Source: Bugula neritina
Lineage: Eukaryota; Animalia; Bryozoa
Direction of reading: 5' to 3'
NCBI GenBank assembly: GCA_964035545.1
Contig: OZ037772.1
Location: forward strand, 6,742,889-6,806,888
DNA length: 64,000 bases
Shown here: in pieces, positions 42,369 through 56,920 of the stretch
Numbering within the stretch: position 1 is the first letter of the stretch
How the letters are laid out: the number at the start of each line of letters is the position of its first letter
Translations under genes and position numbers: made by a program
Notes under the pieces: generated by a model
The model's database searches: none
What the model saw: the letters and a program-made list of their open reading frames with translations, nothing else
What the model was told of the DNA's origin: nothing

Positions 42369-42540
42369 TTTAATATTTTGATAAAATAAAACTGAATGTC
42401 ATTTCATATACATGTAATTTACTCACTCAACTGCTTTCTGCTCCAGTATAGCTACATACCATCTACTGTATCACTCCACTGATTACTACTCTAGTATAAC
42501 TATACACCAATTACTGCATCACTGAGTGAGAGAGGTGAGT
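42369..42540 (+). promoter_or_regulatory. Promoter/leader-exon cassette upstream of copy 3 (IRF-like motif degenerate)
   Basis: TTTAATA 42369; AAATAAAACT 42384-42393 (core G lost); TCATT with A at 42401; donor GAG|GTGAGT at 42535. Confidence 0.5.
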
Positions 42541-42721
42541 TAAAACTTTAACATGTTTTGTTTTCAATATTCTACTTTAGTTCTTGTGAAATTGAGCTAA
42601 AGATAGGCTCTGGTGACTATAGTTATTTATACTTTCTTTTCCCTATAAGTTGCCTATTGTAATTTTGTTGTCTTACTGCTGAGTATAAGTCTTACAAGAT
42701 TACGTTTAGAACTTCTGCATC

Positions 42722-42944
<223 letters not shown>

Positions 42945-43229
42945 TTTATATTGTCTTTCTTAATCTTCCTGTGTCTGGCAAAAACTACACATTTTGTCTT
43001 CTACTTTTTCCAAACATAATAAAAATTGTTTTATGTTGAAATTTCAAGATGGCTGCCCAGCAAATACTAGAATGGTATGAATGTGGTTATTGTGTCTCTA
43101 AGAGAGATGACATGAGAGATCCAAGAGAGCTGCCTTGTCAGCATGTATTCTGTTTGAGTTGTATTCAAGGACATCACAGTAAACATAAAACTGTGACCTG
43201 CCCTACTTGTGGGTGAGTAATATATATAT

Positions 43230-44924
43230 CAGCGGCTCCCAACCTCTTTAAGAAAATATGTTGACAATTTCCCCTTTTTTAAGAGCAAAAAGATTTTATG
43301 GCTTAAACTGATTGAAAATATATGATATACAATGCAATATATTTTGTTCTATTATATTTGCATATAATTTATTTACCATAATTATAATAATATTATAGTT
43401 GTTTTTATTTTATAAAACACAGAGAAGTTCAATTATTAATGTTATGGCTTTAGTTAATGCTTTTCTGCGTGCTTGCTTAGGCCTTGCTCTGTTTTCAAAC
43501 AAGCCCATCTTAAGGCATTCTGCAGGTTGAGGCAGTTCCTTTTCTTCTTGAACTGATAAGAATCCTACCTCAAATGGATAGGTGGTGCTGAATGGCACCA
43601 AAACTCTGCTTTGTTGCAGTTATGTTTGAGAAGAGTTTGCTTGTCGAAACCCAAATTGGTTTTAGGTAAAAATGGTGCGTGCGAAAGTGGCACGCAGGTA
43701 TTAATGAAACAAATGAAAGCGTAGTCAAAAATGGCACACTGCATGATGTTAAATTTTTTCAAACTTAAATCTCAAACCCTCTACCCCATGTTGCCAACCG
43801 TTGAACTCTAAACTCCACCCCTATCTTAAACCCCGAAACCCAAAATAGAAATTCAAAATCCTCATCTCAAACCCCACCTTCAAGCTCTAAACTCTCACCC
43901 ATTATTGAAAACATGTGCCATTTTACCTATTTTTCTATTTGTGCCATTATTATCTGTGCCATTTCTACTGGACACTACCTAAACTACATAAATTGGAGAA
44001 GTTTCAAATCACTCTTCATTGCTGAATTGTTAGCCAACTCAATGAAATCCTTAGGTAATTTCTCTGAAAACCTTTCAACAAAGTGTTGCAATAGGTCACA
44101 TGACAGCTTAATAAACTAGCTTTTTCTTTTTAGAAGGTAGCTAAGAGAAATGCTGCTAAAACATAATTAAAAGTTCAAAGAGATATATACCTAGAACATT
44201 TTTTGAAAAAATGATCTGGAACAGGTGGTGTCCAGTAAGAATAGCACAGATCAAAATGATAATAATGGCACAAATAAATGAAACATTTTTGTAGAAATTG
44301 CACATTCTCAATATATTTAAGATTGAAGATTTAAGTTGGAGGTTAGGCGTTCAGGATGGGGTTTGGAGGTTTGGGTTTGGGAAGATATAACACCAGTGTG
44401 CAAATTTTACCGGTGCCATTTTTACGTAAAAATGGAACAGGTTCTTCCCTTAAGAAAGTTCATTGAATGTGGGGAGGAACTTTAAAAACATTGCTGCTAT
44501 TATGAAAAGCGATGACATGATGATTGCACTCCTGCATTTTGAGGTTTAAATTAGTTAGTGTGACGAATTACATTCACTAGTCATGCATGTTTTAATATAT
44601 ACAGTTCATAGAGATTGATTCGCATGCATGGCTGCCAAAAATCGGCCTGTTGGTTTTGGCAGTTTTTTTAACCTTCATTTGAAATATCACAGGAAACAGT
44701 TAGGGTTGAGTAATTAATAAACACAATCATGTAGAAGCAAACTGAAATTGCAAAATATCGTTTGGTTAAACAGATGTACTAAGAGGAAAATTTATAGATA
44801 TACATATACATGTAACATGCAAGCCTTCAAAAAATTTTCTGAAGTTTTCAAAGTCCACGTTTCTCCCTCATAAAATGTCCAAATTCTCTCTAGGGGGAAA
44901 ATTCCCCCAGGTTGGGAACCACTG
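43230..44924 (-). mobile_element. Non-autonomous hAT (Charlie/Buster-like) DNA transposon in intron 1 of copy 3
   Basis: TIRs CAGCGGCTCCCAACCT / AGGTTGGGAACCACTG; 8-bp TSD ATATATAT / ATATATAA; minus-strand relic VPFSTTYPFEVGF (~43560-43601) resembles the hAT C-terminal dimerisation motif. Absent from the other copies. Confidence 0.85.
43665..44425. mobile_element. Nested MITE-like sequence(s) inside the hAT element
   Basis: Repeated AAAATGGCAC / GTGCCATTT motifs at 43665-43975 and 44228-44425; GTGCCATTTCTACTGGACAC (~43957-43975) is inverted relative to GTGTCCAGTAAGAATAGCAC (~44228). Confidence 0.4.
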
Positions 44925-47900
44925 ATATATAAGATTATGTCTCTAAAATACCTATCTATAATTACACTATTATCAAAAGAGTTTTAGTTGTTCTTGCAAG
45001 CTGTGTTGACTTTGAGCTACTTTGCGAAAGGCTACATCTTCTATGAATTTAGATGTTTAATAATATCAATGTTCTACTCAAAACTAAAATTTTAAAGACT
45101 AAAAATAAAAAGTATATTTGTACACACATGCCAAAATTTTCTATTGTATCCAAAGTTGTGATTCGTATGCTACCAAAAACAGAAAACATTTCTTTCCTCT
45201 ATGTGACATAGCAAAATTAATTTGCATATAATACAGGCTAGCTAAATTTATATACCCGATTTTGCTTTCAAAATCTCCACACTAATCAATTTCAGAGAAG
45301 TGTATGACTCACTGGAGTTTGAAGGTTTACCAAAGGTTGCCATAGCACCTGGTAATTCTGATACTCTGTTCTGTACAGCTCGTGAATGCCAAGGTCAAAT
45401 AGCAGTGTGTTACTGTGTGACATGTAAATACAGGTTCTGTTTGCAACATCAGCAGGTAAAATAATATTCTTTTTTCATCCCATTTTATATATAGGGCAGA
45501 GAGGAAATAGCATTTGAAAAGTATAATTTATAGTGCATTTTAATCTAAGATTTGAAGTTATGTTTATACTTTTGCAACAATGTTGAACGGCCATGTTAAA
45601 ACTTGAAGTCTGAAAGATTACAGCAGATGAAATAGGACAAACATTTTTAAAAACTGCTTCTGCTTTTTCAACAGCTCTACTAAAATCACTTCAAAAAATC
45701 TTATCTTACACTTTAGGTACATGAGACATTCCTTGATGACTTTCACAAGGTAGTGGACATTGATGTCTACAAGAGATCACCTGCCAGCTACAATAAACCA
45801 ACATGTAAAAATCATCAAGAGGCTCTAGTGAGAGCTTGCAAGAAATGTGATAAACTGATCTGCTTTGAGTGTGAGATTGATGGCTATGACTGCACAGGTA
45901 TGTAGCAAAATTTCTACTTTAAGCCAACAAGTAAAGTTAATGCAAAGTTTTGCTGGCAGCAATACAAGTTAATTTCACTTAGTAAAACAAATAAAATCAT
46001 ACTTGACTTTATTGTGGTTTCTTTAAAGAAGCTAACATAGTTCTAAAGTTTATGTTGTTGGATTTTTCCACCTTTTAATTGTTGCTAGATGAATATTACA
46101 TGTGCTCAGCTAACGACAAAGGAAAAATTAATACAGCTTATCTTTTGATTAAACAGTAATTTCATGCAAAGTTCCTATACGATCATTTATTTTGTGCGTT
46201 GCATTTATAATACTACTTATCTAAGTAATTGACAAAATACTAATGATGAGGTGCATAAGGCTTGTAGCCAAACTTCCCTTTTATAATTTACGTAACGTGA
46301 TTTACTTGCTTAATTATTTGATCATTCATTTGATTTCTGCATGGGAATGTGTAATATATGTTATACTGCTCTAATAGATGTTTTGGGCTGTAAAAAAGCC
46401 AAGCATCCAAACACATTGTGGTCATGGGCTTTATACAGTGCATTATGTATATGAAAATTTAAGCTTCCATGCAGTTGCAGATACAATCAAATAATGCATT
46501 TCACAAATAATCTTTTCTATACGTAGATCAAGAAAAACATGATTTTAAATCTCTCACATCACTGAAAGAAGAGATGAACACCTACTTTTCCGCTCAGCTG
46601 AAGGTAATTGTTGAAAAGATTACCAAGATAAGTTCTTTGGACAAGAAGGTGCAGAATGATCTTGACGTTCAAGAACAGAAATGTTCAGATGTTGTAAGAG
46701 AGATAGAGACAGTTAGAGATGCGATGGTGAGTTTTTCACAACTTCTCTGTATTTATTTGGTAATTGAATTTATAAAATGGTTTATCATGTCTCTACCCAA
46801 AGAAAACAGTATTTTATACACATGTTTAGGTGAATTTTAGAAGTACATCATCAAAAATATACTAATAATTTAGTAGGCAACTGGTTTACTTCTTAAAATA
46901 ATTTTAATGGTTATGCAACTCGACTTAAAGGTTGAAATAAGGTGGTTATAAAAAGGCCTATGTGATAGTATCTTTAAATGTTTTGATAGAAAATTGCTGT
47001 AATATGTCACTGTTATAGCAGTTATTGTAATTATAAAAACTAGACAGTGGTAAGTACTTATAGAGTAAGTCAATCTTATATAAGCTACTAACAGAGATTT
47101 TATGAGCTAGTATATTAAAAGTCCAATTTTTTCACCTCTATAATCAAACTCTTTTCTTAGTTTCACAAAATTATTTTGAACTGCAAAGTTCAGTTAGTAG
47201 CTGTCATATTACCATTTATTGAATTTTTACCAGCAACTTTTGAAATCAGACAGTGAGGTAGAGACATTCGAATTCATAATTTTTTCCCAAAATTGGCTGG
47301 AATTAAAAGGTTAACTAACATTTTCCTAATAAATGCTTTCATATCTCATATAAATAAGGTTTAAATATATGGCATGACATCCTGTTAGTTGACCTAAAAA
47401 GTGCTTCATTTTGTAACTCATCTATTCAAGCAACCTATATATTTGTAGATACAAAGAATAACCAATGAGAGTCAAGAGCTGCATGATTGACAGAGTTACA
47501 AACCACAAAGTTAAGGTGACCAATCAGGTGGAAGATTTCTACAACAAGCTGATGCTGAAGAAAGATGGGTTGGAGAAGACACAAGCTGAGGTACATCGTC
47601 TGCTGAAAGATGGTCATGTGACTGAGAAGATCAGACAGAAGAAGAGAATAGCAGAAGAAATGGGAAAGCATGACGCAGAACGACCGGCTGACTGTGAACT
47701 TACTGATCCACCAACCTTAATAGACACAGGTTTGTGATGTTTTCAATTGGCATTAATATCAACTGAACTCTGCATAAATTATTATTCAGTTGATGGGTTC
47801 AGGCAGTAAATCAGTAGAAAAAAACCGATCATACATGAATATAAGTAAAGCATTATATATGCAACTAACTAGAATTGAATGTTGCCTGGTGGTTTGAAGC

Positions 47901-50900
47901 AGTTAGTCAAATTTTATTCATTCTGGTAAAAAGAATTAGGTATTTATATGTCAGCTGCTGTTATAAACTTACAACTGTTTGTAAAAACAACAATCCATGT
48001 ACAGCCTTTGACTAAAAGTTTTTAAGAAGAACATGACACTTGCAAAGGGCATTTCTAAAACATGAGATACAGTATATTTATTTTATAATAATTATTTTTA
48101 TACAAATATAAATTATAGATATAGTCTCATTGTACTGTATAATAATTTAGTATGTCTATATGCTTCAGTTTACTATATCTTTTGTCAAAAACTGTGTATA
48201 TTATATTATACTAGACTAACCTCTTCTATGGTAGAATGTTTGGTTCAAAATCCACCAACTATGCAAAAACTCTGTGATAAGAGTATGCTGATACCATAAC
48301 CACTGAGTGTTTAAAGTGATAATAAAAAGATAATATTTCTGCCTGATTATAATATTAGAATTCATATTTCCTAGCCCATTACAGAACCTACTATAATTTT
48401 TTAACCTTGCTAATGTGAAATTAGCTACTTATGTTTTTAATTATTATATTGAACCTATCATAACTTTATAGCTGCACATTTTTGAGTGGTAATAGCATTC
48501 AAATAACAAGCTCTATGTCCTTTTAGTATCGACTCAAACGACTCTATCATATAGCAAGAAGTTTTGCTTATTCTCTAAGTAAATATGAGTTTATAGCCTA
48601 CAATATGTTATTTTAACTACTGTAATTAGTAGAGTTATGCAGACACAGCTTAAAGTATATAAGTTAGAATGGTGGTGATTTCTGGAGCTCTTTGCATACT
48701 GCTGCAAACAAAGAACCACGTGTTCGATTTATATACTCAAAAAGCAGTCAGAATGACAATAAATTAAGCAACTCGAGGCTACATAAAAATAACTTCAAGC
48801 AGTTTTATTAAAACTTCTACCCGGTTGATGCATTTCAGCACCTAAAGTCAAATAAACAATGTTCTTGCATGAAAGTTTACTTCTCTACATCTTACAGGTA
48901 AAGGAAAAGGCAGACTGCTTAATGTAAGCCTAGTAACAGTTCCTTCTTCACTGAGATTCATATCTGAACATAAGATAGATGGGTCATGTTACTCAGCCAA
49001 TCACAGACAAGATGGTGACATACTCATAGGTACTACTGATGGAATACAGTTACTGAGTACAGTTGGTAATGAGCTGAGTGAATACAGTACAAGTGAGAAG
49101 CAAGTATCAGAAGTGATTGAAACCCCTCAGAATGTCTTCATCCTACACAGAGAAGGTGACATATCTAAGGTGGATATGTGTTTAACTGGTGAGATCACGA
49201 AGAGAAAACAACTGTTTCAGTTTGATAGAACAGGTAATGGTGCTGCAGTAATGGCAGTCTCCGACAGATATGTTGTGGTGACTCATCCAGATACTAAACA
49301 GCTGATCATCTATGACTTCATCACTAAACAGACAGAGACTATTCATCCTGATGTGTATCTAGTTGGTCTACACTTTCTACCAGATAGTCATCTGTTAGGA
49401 GTTGGTAGAGGTAAATTGGTAAAGTACAAAATAGAGAATGGGAAGCTGACTACAGTCTGGACATGTGATGGTGTAACAGATGGATATAGTGTCTGTACAG
49501 ATTCTAATGGTCTCATCTATGTTTTTGCAGACAACTTACAAACAGGCTATGTTATCTCTCCAATGGGTAAGAATTTGCTTTGAAAACTAGTTTTTTTATT
49601 TATACTCATATGTAAATGATTGAAGGTGCATTAAAATACTTATTCATACTTTCTGCATACCACCCCTGTATTCACTCACTCATTTGTATATACATATTAT
49701 ATATAGACTATCAATTCTATACCACGCAATTAAGTGGATTATTTATGCGATCATTTTTTTTTCTTATTTTTCTCATGAAGCATATAATATATATTTTTAT
49801 TTACATAGTAATCAGATTCACACAAAGTTTCCAATCTTGCCCATAAAATTCACAATAACCTATGATACTATGTTGTGTTTTAAAATTATTCTGTATAATT
49901 ATTTTAATATAGATATTTTTGAGAGGATATTTAAACCATGTGTCTTAAATCTATCATATCTCCTAAAACTGTGTAATTCTAGATGTTGCATTTACTGTAT
50001 ATGGCTTACTCTTTGACCGCTTTTTATTATTTAAAGTATGACATTTTGCAACAACCGAAAACAAACTTAATAATATAATTATGTAGGTGACCTGCTCACA
50101 AAACTGGTTCATGACAAAGTACCAAAGTCAGTAGGAGCCATCAGTATGAAAGATGACATATTAGCTGTATCTTGTTGGGATGAAAATATGCTGCGTCTGT
50201 TTAAAATAGATTAAACAAAACAGAACCAAAATTGGCTGACAAACAAAATTCAACAATTACAATCATATTCGATTATTTCAAAGTGTGATTACACTTTAGA
50301 ACAAAGCAGTTGATTTTTATATAATATATTAACAATGCTGAAGCATATATGTTAATATATAATTTTTAGAAAACGTGCCATATTTAATAAATGTCTCAGT
50401 AATTTACCATAGAATGTGCATGTAAATTTTTAATACTTTATTGTGTTAAGTTGTAATTGTATGCTCAACACAGTGCTTAATCACAAATGGAGGCACAGGA
50501 TAGGCTTTTTGAATAGTGCAAAAAACACAGCATCATAATAAACTCCTTATAGTCTGTTTGGTGACGACTTTCAACATAGAATGCTGGTTGCATCATGTTG
50601 AAAAATCTTGAAAATTTTATGTTTTCCAATTGCAGATAACTAAATTGTTATAGTATTTACAACTGATCATGTAGCCTGTTAATTTTAGAAATGATTTAAT
50701 TCAATAAAGATTAATTATTTTTGTTGCATTTCAAATTATTGGAATAAAGCTACTGGATTCTATATACCAATTACTTTTTCAATTTTTGTAGCCTTTTGCT
50801 TGGTAACTATACACAGAGAGAAATATTAGTGCAGGGCGTGCACTAAAGTTGTTCGCAGAGCCTTTTATTGTCGTTATAGCCTGCACCACACCTCAAATAG

Positions 50901-51899
50901 TTGTTATACCTGCACTTATTTTGATAAAATTGAAAATTCATCAGATTAGTGTAAGCTGAACAATATTTGGTTGTAGCTCTGAAACCACTTAGTTGTTCAG
51001 TCACCACTACTTTTCACCATTATTATGTAACCATCATCACTAGATCTGAATGAGGCTAACCAGTGGTTGATGGGAGCAGAAAGTGAGATCAATGCTACAA
51101 CTAAATATGTTTAAACAAAATTTTATTTACATAAGAATTATGGAACCATTAGCAGTTGTTCACCTAACAACATTATTCCTTCACATGTGCACTAACTATG
51201 GTCGCAAAGCTTTATAGGAAGCTAGGATAGAGTGCACACTCAAGTTGAACCCTGCATTTGGGTCAATTTAAATAGTACTTCCCAGTTAGATGCCATTTAT
51301 ACATTTTACGTGCAATTTATTTGAATACTGTTGAAATATATGTACATGTATATTTGAATAAATTTAAAATATTTTCAAATAACTTGTTACCAGACTGATA
51401 TTAAACATCGCCACACCCTGTTTATCACAAACTAAGGCTGCAGTTGAATTTATTAACAAAAAAATTCCAACTGCACATATATCTTGCATGGGCAGTTTAG
51501 GCTTCACTAGTCAATTCTATTAATGGAAAGGAAAGCCAACTAATTTAAAATGTGGGTAAAAGAGAGATCAGGGAGATGCACCGTTAAACTCCAACACACT
51601 CAGTTATTAGCAAATGTGTTTCAAACAAGAAGCCTAAAATTAACAATGAAACAAGCCACTGAATAGTCGGATCAGGCAAACCACTTCAAAAGCCTAACTA
51701 AGTTGTGTAAGCTATTTGGTGGAACAAAAGAAAATGTTGCATAACAGAGCTATAGTACAGAAATATTTAAGTTGTAATTCAATGGCGAGAACCTGGCTTA
51801 CCAAGCAGTGACAGAGCATAGCAAAGGTTATTACATAACAGCACATAGTTTTCAGTCAGGTCTATTGACAGAAGAAATATTCTGCCGGCATAGTGAACA

Positions 51900-52135
51900 C
51901 CAGAAGTTCAGACTATGAGGTTGTGCTTTGAGATTCAGTGAATTTGTGCTTCCACACAACCTCACAACATGAAGACATTGAATCGTTTAATCACATGGGT
52001 AAAGATTGCAGTTACCTCTTAAAGATAGAAGATGAACACTTTCTTTCAGAGCTTAGAACTGAAGTTGTCATTGCAGCAAAGGGTAAGCTCAATCATTTGC
52101 TTACATTGTCATTTGATATCACAATGACAGTATGA
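51900..52135 (+). pseudogene. Possible decayed transposon-associated ORF fragment
   Basis: LKIEDEHFLSELRTEVVIAAKGK loosely recalls the D..LL..L...D.IA.EAKYH motif of invertebrate transposon-associated proteins. Weak and judged by eye. Confidence 0.25.
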
Positions 52136-53144
52136 CTATTGCTGTAGACAGATACTTGATTTGGTGCAACTATAACTTATATGGACCACATTGACTGATA
52201 ATTCCCAAACTACTCTATTCCTACATCAATTTGATACAAGTTTTCCTGTAACCATCTATTAGCGTTTATTTCCACTTCACCTTTTAGCAACTTGTGCTCA
52301 GTTCACTAATTTGAATCTCCCCGATTGTAGAAGTATTGTTAATAATGCAGTTTAGCAGCCTTAAAGTAGTTATCGGCCTTAAGCAGCTGCCAAGTTAGCT
52401 TCTTGTTTTATACTTTTTTAGCTAAGTACCAAAATGCCAAAATTAGTAGTGAGTTGGCAAAGTTGATAAATACAAAAAGAAATTTATTACCTTACATACC
52501 ACCAGTTTATTCTTTTATTTATCTTTGCACAGCACAACTAAATATAAAAACATGTAGCAATATTTTTCTTGGTAGTACGTTATTTGTTGTTCAATTTATA
52601 GACATAGCCTACTGAAATTTATCTGTTATCTTAATATGAGGGGTCTATATAAAACGCTGACTTTAGCTTAAATAGTGGTTCTCTGACATTTTGAGATATT
52701 TTTGATGCAGAGAAGCTTTTTTTAACTAAACTAATTATGCCCAACAGCTCTTGCATTTGTAATTAAAAAAGAAGTAAAATAAAATGATGGCCAAAATTGC
52801 TACTAAATTTTGATAAGCTCAAACTGACCCAAACACTACGCAACATAATGATCATAAGTTTGCCAAAGCCTGTACAGTTATTCAGTGTCAAGCAATTGGT
52901 ATGATGACACTGAAATTATGCTGAGATTTATAGCTAGCGTTGTAGATACTATTAGTTTTGGCCTTAGACTTCAGCTTCTACAAAGTTGAACTTAATTTAT
53001 TTACGTTGCTTGTGATTGTATATCTTAACGCATTTTTACTGTTCATGCTAATACGAGTTTTAATTTTAAACAACTTTTATCTTTTGTTGTAGATCCCATA
53101 ACATTTTTCAACAACATGCACTTAAAGATGCTGAATAAGAGCAC

Positions 53145-53233
53145 AAAAAAGAATTTGACCGCCACAGAACTTCGAATCATGCCGAGACTTTTAGCCTGCA
53201 AGCAGACGCACTCACCACTACATTACAAGCTTC
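53145..53233 (-). other. Degenerate tRNA-like sequence (SINE head or tRNA pseudogene)
   Basis: Minus strand has A-box-like TAATGTAGTGG, B-box-like GATTCGAAG and a T run. A proper cloverleaf is not evident. Confidence 0.35.
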
Positions 53234-53774
53234 ACTGGGTGCTCTCGACACTACACCTCACCCACTTCTCAAGAACCCAGCTGCCCTTTTTATATTACTT
53301 CTTCAGGCTTCCCTGGCCACTCAACTCCTCTCGGAGTACTACCACACTTTACTAACTGCTGGAATTAGTTATAAAACTTCCCCCTCCCCCCTCCCGTACT
53401 TGGGTTACTACCACAACTGCTTGGTTATCGCTACACTACAGAGCAAGAATGTAATGACACACACGATGGTCTTAGCAGGTTCTGCTAATATTGAAAAAAG
53501 TTAACTTAATTTACAGTCGTAGAAAAATTCTGCAAATGTTTATTTTCATGTTTTTTTTCTTATTTTAATCTTTAGAAGTTATTTTTTGTTGCATTTCTTA
53601 TATTCAACTATCATATACAATAAAATCCACATTACTATACTCTCATACTGGTTAGAAGTTATGACAAGTTAGTTCAGAGTGATCAGTAATAATTTTTGCA
53701 GAAGCTTATTTCCAACGAAAATTAGAGCGGCATGGAACATTTATAAGTTCAGCTTTGAATATAACTTAGTTCAG

Positions 53775-53917
53775 CATTGAGCATATCTAAGATCATCATT
53801 GAACAGAAATAAGATCATCATTAAACATATATAATATCACTATTGAGCATAAATAAGATCACCATTGAACATATATAAGATCACCATTGAAAATATATAA
53901 GATCACCATTGAACATA
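53775..53917. repeat. 22-bp tandem minisatellite, ~6.5 units
   Basis: Consensus CATTGAACATATATAAGATCAC. Confidence 0.88.
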
Positions 53918-54506
53918 ATTTGGCTCATTGTGATAAATACAAAGAATCAACTTCACAACTCTTTATATCAACATTGATCTAACATACTATTCACTGTGAA
54001 CAGTACCTGACACTAATTTCTATTCACTGCTGGTCAATTTAGGGATCCAAAAAACGAGAGGTTTTAGTTGTCAGCTTATGTTCACTCTAACACTAATATT
54101 TCTCTCTGTGTATCATCATTCTCTAAAGAGCACAGTTTTGTTCTGTGATACTTCATTTAGGCAAATAGGAAAAAAACACTTTTATGTATGCATTTTGATC
54201 TCTGTGGTTTTGCATTCCAATGCTCAAAGTCAATTTGACTTACCCAACATCATAGAAAAGTTAAACTAATTGAACTAGGTGATAACGGCACAACAGAAAC
54301 AAATAATCTAAGCATGCAGGGACAGATAAATACAGTAAGTTTAATATTATTTCAGTAAATGGCTCTAATAATCCACAGTACTCAAATAATTTTTACATAA
54401 AAATATTTTCAATGTACCCTTGTTTACTGTATAATTACAAAAGCTGTATATAAATTGTGTGTGCGTGCGTGTGTGTGCGCATGTGCGCGTGTCACAATGA
54501 GTTAAA

Positions 54507-54680
54507 TTGATGGTAATTTTAATGATCCACCAGAAGATGAGATCTGTGACTACCTTCCTCGACAACCACCTGCATATATTTCTGGTTACATGTCATACTA
54601 GAATGTATGGTAGATATGTGAGAGTAACAGCTGTTGAAGTTAGTGGGTTTTTACCTGCTACCAGCTGGAAATTCATAGAA
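54507..54680 (+). pseudogene. Second F-type lectin domain relic
   Basis: Homologous to 3240-3410: DPPEDEICDYLP..[frameshift]..IFLVTCHTRMYGRYVRV..[frameshift]..CYQLEIH. Confidence 0.55.
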
Positions 54681-56746
54681 CAAACTGTTGTAGCAGAAAT
54701 GTGGCATCCTTTTAATAACATTTTTTTTCTAATGCCTAATTTATGCTCTTCTGACACTGAATACTTCATTTTACAAAAAATATTTCTAGCTTTCTGCTAC
54801 ACAATATTGTTGTTTCATGTGCGTGATTGTTTTAGATTTTAAATTTTTACCAATATTTTTTACCAATCATTGGCTTCATATGCATAATAGTAATACCTAC
54901 CTAATCAACTGCTGGATACAATTAGTTTTTCATAATATTCTAATTAAAAAAAACGTTTTCATTAGTTATTTTCTATCTGTTAAAAATTCCTCATTCTATT
55001 AATCACATTCTAAAAACAAAGCAAAATGTAACATGTAGTGCTTTGTTTGATTATGAAAACTTCGTATGTATTAGGTGTATATATTATCTCACATCATATG
55101 ACAATAACTGTGGGATGGGCTGCATAATATCTATAATTTATATAATAAATACTTTTTTTTTCTATTTTACTATAATATTGAAAAACTCGGAATGTAAATG
55201 ATATTTTTATGTATCTGGAAGTAGAAATGAATATGCCCTATATAATGCTTAAAGGCCTCCAGCATAATTATTGTTGATTTAACTAATAAGGGAATTCATG
55301 TGAGCATATATTGTTATAGTGATAAACTATAGACATACTTGGGAGTTTCACACCTACCTGGCAACCTTCATAAATTATATAAAGCATATGCTGCCCAAAA
55401 AGCCCTGAATATGGTATAAACTATTCAGTTTTTGCATAGATATGTGTGTCCTCATTTCAATTCATTATAAATTATGAAGGCTTGCATGTTAATAATTAAC
55501 CTTTAAATGTAGCTATAATGACATCTGTTATATAATATATACAGTTTGCTTTCAACTTTGCTCAATCTTAGCACATATAAAATACAGCCACATTACTGTA
55601 ATAAAACATGCTTTGCAGCATTTGTCATGAGTGCTTGTGCTATAATAGTGCAGTACATCATTTTATATTATAGCTGGTAGTTGCATTGATTCAATTGGTT
55701 GCATTGGTGGTGGTGGTGGTGGCAGTGGCAGTGGTGATGGTGTTAATAGTGGTGGTTACTAATTTAACTAGCAAATGCATTTAACCTTTTGAATCAGATT
55801 TGAGTTGTTGGAAATTTGCCAATATATTGTCACGTATTCTATGACCATATGTATAGAAGAAGCAGTGAAGCTATACACAGCTCACCACATGAAGTCAACT
55901 AGCAGATAAGAAAGTCAAGTATCAGTTAACAGTCACTATATAGGGTTCAGTTTTACAGCCAGACTACATAAATCATACGAGCATCTATAAAATTCACAAA
56001 AATAAATTGTTGTAAAAATGAACAGCATTTTGGTTAGAAATATTATTACTGTAAAGAAATTAATTTGGAGGCATTAGATAAACTTTAATATAATTTCAAA
56101 AAATTGAAGTATAAGGAGCTGTGAAGATTCTAACATTAATGTCTTGGAATCTAGTTTTTAACCATGATTGGCTGTGACTACTATATACTTGAAATATGCC
56201 ATTTCTGCATAGCAGCATGTAATTTGTCCCTGATAGAAGCTGTATAAACATAATTCTAAATACTGGACACACTACATTCTGGCTTATAAAGCATTATTCA
56301 TAAGGAGAATATGATTCAAACCTACAGAAGTCTGAACTCTAAAACGTGTGATCCAAATATTTGATATTTATATCAGTATATGAATTATATTATAGCAACT
56401 TCCCACTCACTTTTAATAATGTACTGACAACAAATAAATTGAGTTGTCAGCTATAGAAACAATATAGTCATTGGTTATACAACCCAGAAGGTGAATACAC
56501 TAAGAGGGATGTAGACAAACCGGTGACTATAGTTAATATAAATTTAGTCCTTTGTACGTATGAAACCAGTGTAACTAATGTATGTGAAATTGTGTATAGA
56601 TAATAGAAAGCAGTGTTTGAAAAATGTGACCTTCTACACTCCTAAGGTCAACCGTGGTGTATTTTCTATATATACATGTTAGACCCTACTTTAATAACAG
56701 AGTGTTTTTATTGTGATGTTACTACAGAGTAAAAAGGCTCGCACAC

Positions 56747-56920
56747 GATAAAATACTAATGAAGTGAAACTTCCTTTCCTTTATTGCTCCACTCAATGCT
56801 CTAGTATGACTACATACCATACTAACTACAGCATCACATCGATATACTTGCTATACTCTATTATAACTACATCCCAACTACTGCATAACTACTTACTATA
56901 CTGTAGTATAAAACCTAGGA
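56747..56920 (+). promoter_or_regulatory. Cassette 1 of 5 upstream of copy 4 (donor apparently lost)
   Basis: GATAAAA ~56747; GAAGTGAAACT 56761-56771; leader-like CTCTAGTATGACTAC repeats; no clear GT donor. Confidence 0.4.

Larger units (their letters stand above)
43049..50214 (+). pseudogene. TRIM-like copy 3, frameshifted (probable pseudogene or truncated allele)
   Basis: Exons 43049-43212, 45296-45455, 45717-45897, 46527-46726, 47449-47729, 48898-49566, 50087-50214. Exon 5 has a 4-bp insertion (CATG, ~47482-47485) relative to copies 1 and 2, giving TGA at 47488-47490. All other exons are open with intact splice sites. Confidence 0.82.

Noticed and set aside
44893-44908. kB-like GGGGGAAAATTCCCCC
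   Set aside because: Lies in the subterminal region of the hAT element; explained by the transposon.
53145-53233. Functional tRNA gene
   Set aside because: Boxes are degenerate and no convincing acceptor or anticodon stems form; kept only as a tRNA-like relic.
53775-53917. CRISPR-like array
   Set aside because: Head-to-tail 22-bp units with no unique spacers, in eukaryotic DNA with no cas genes.
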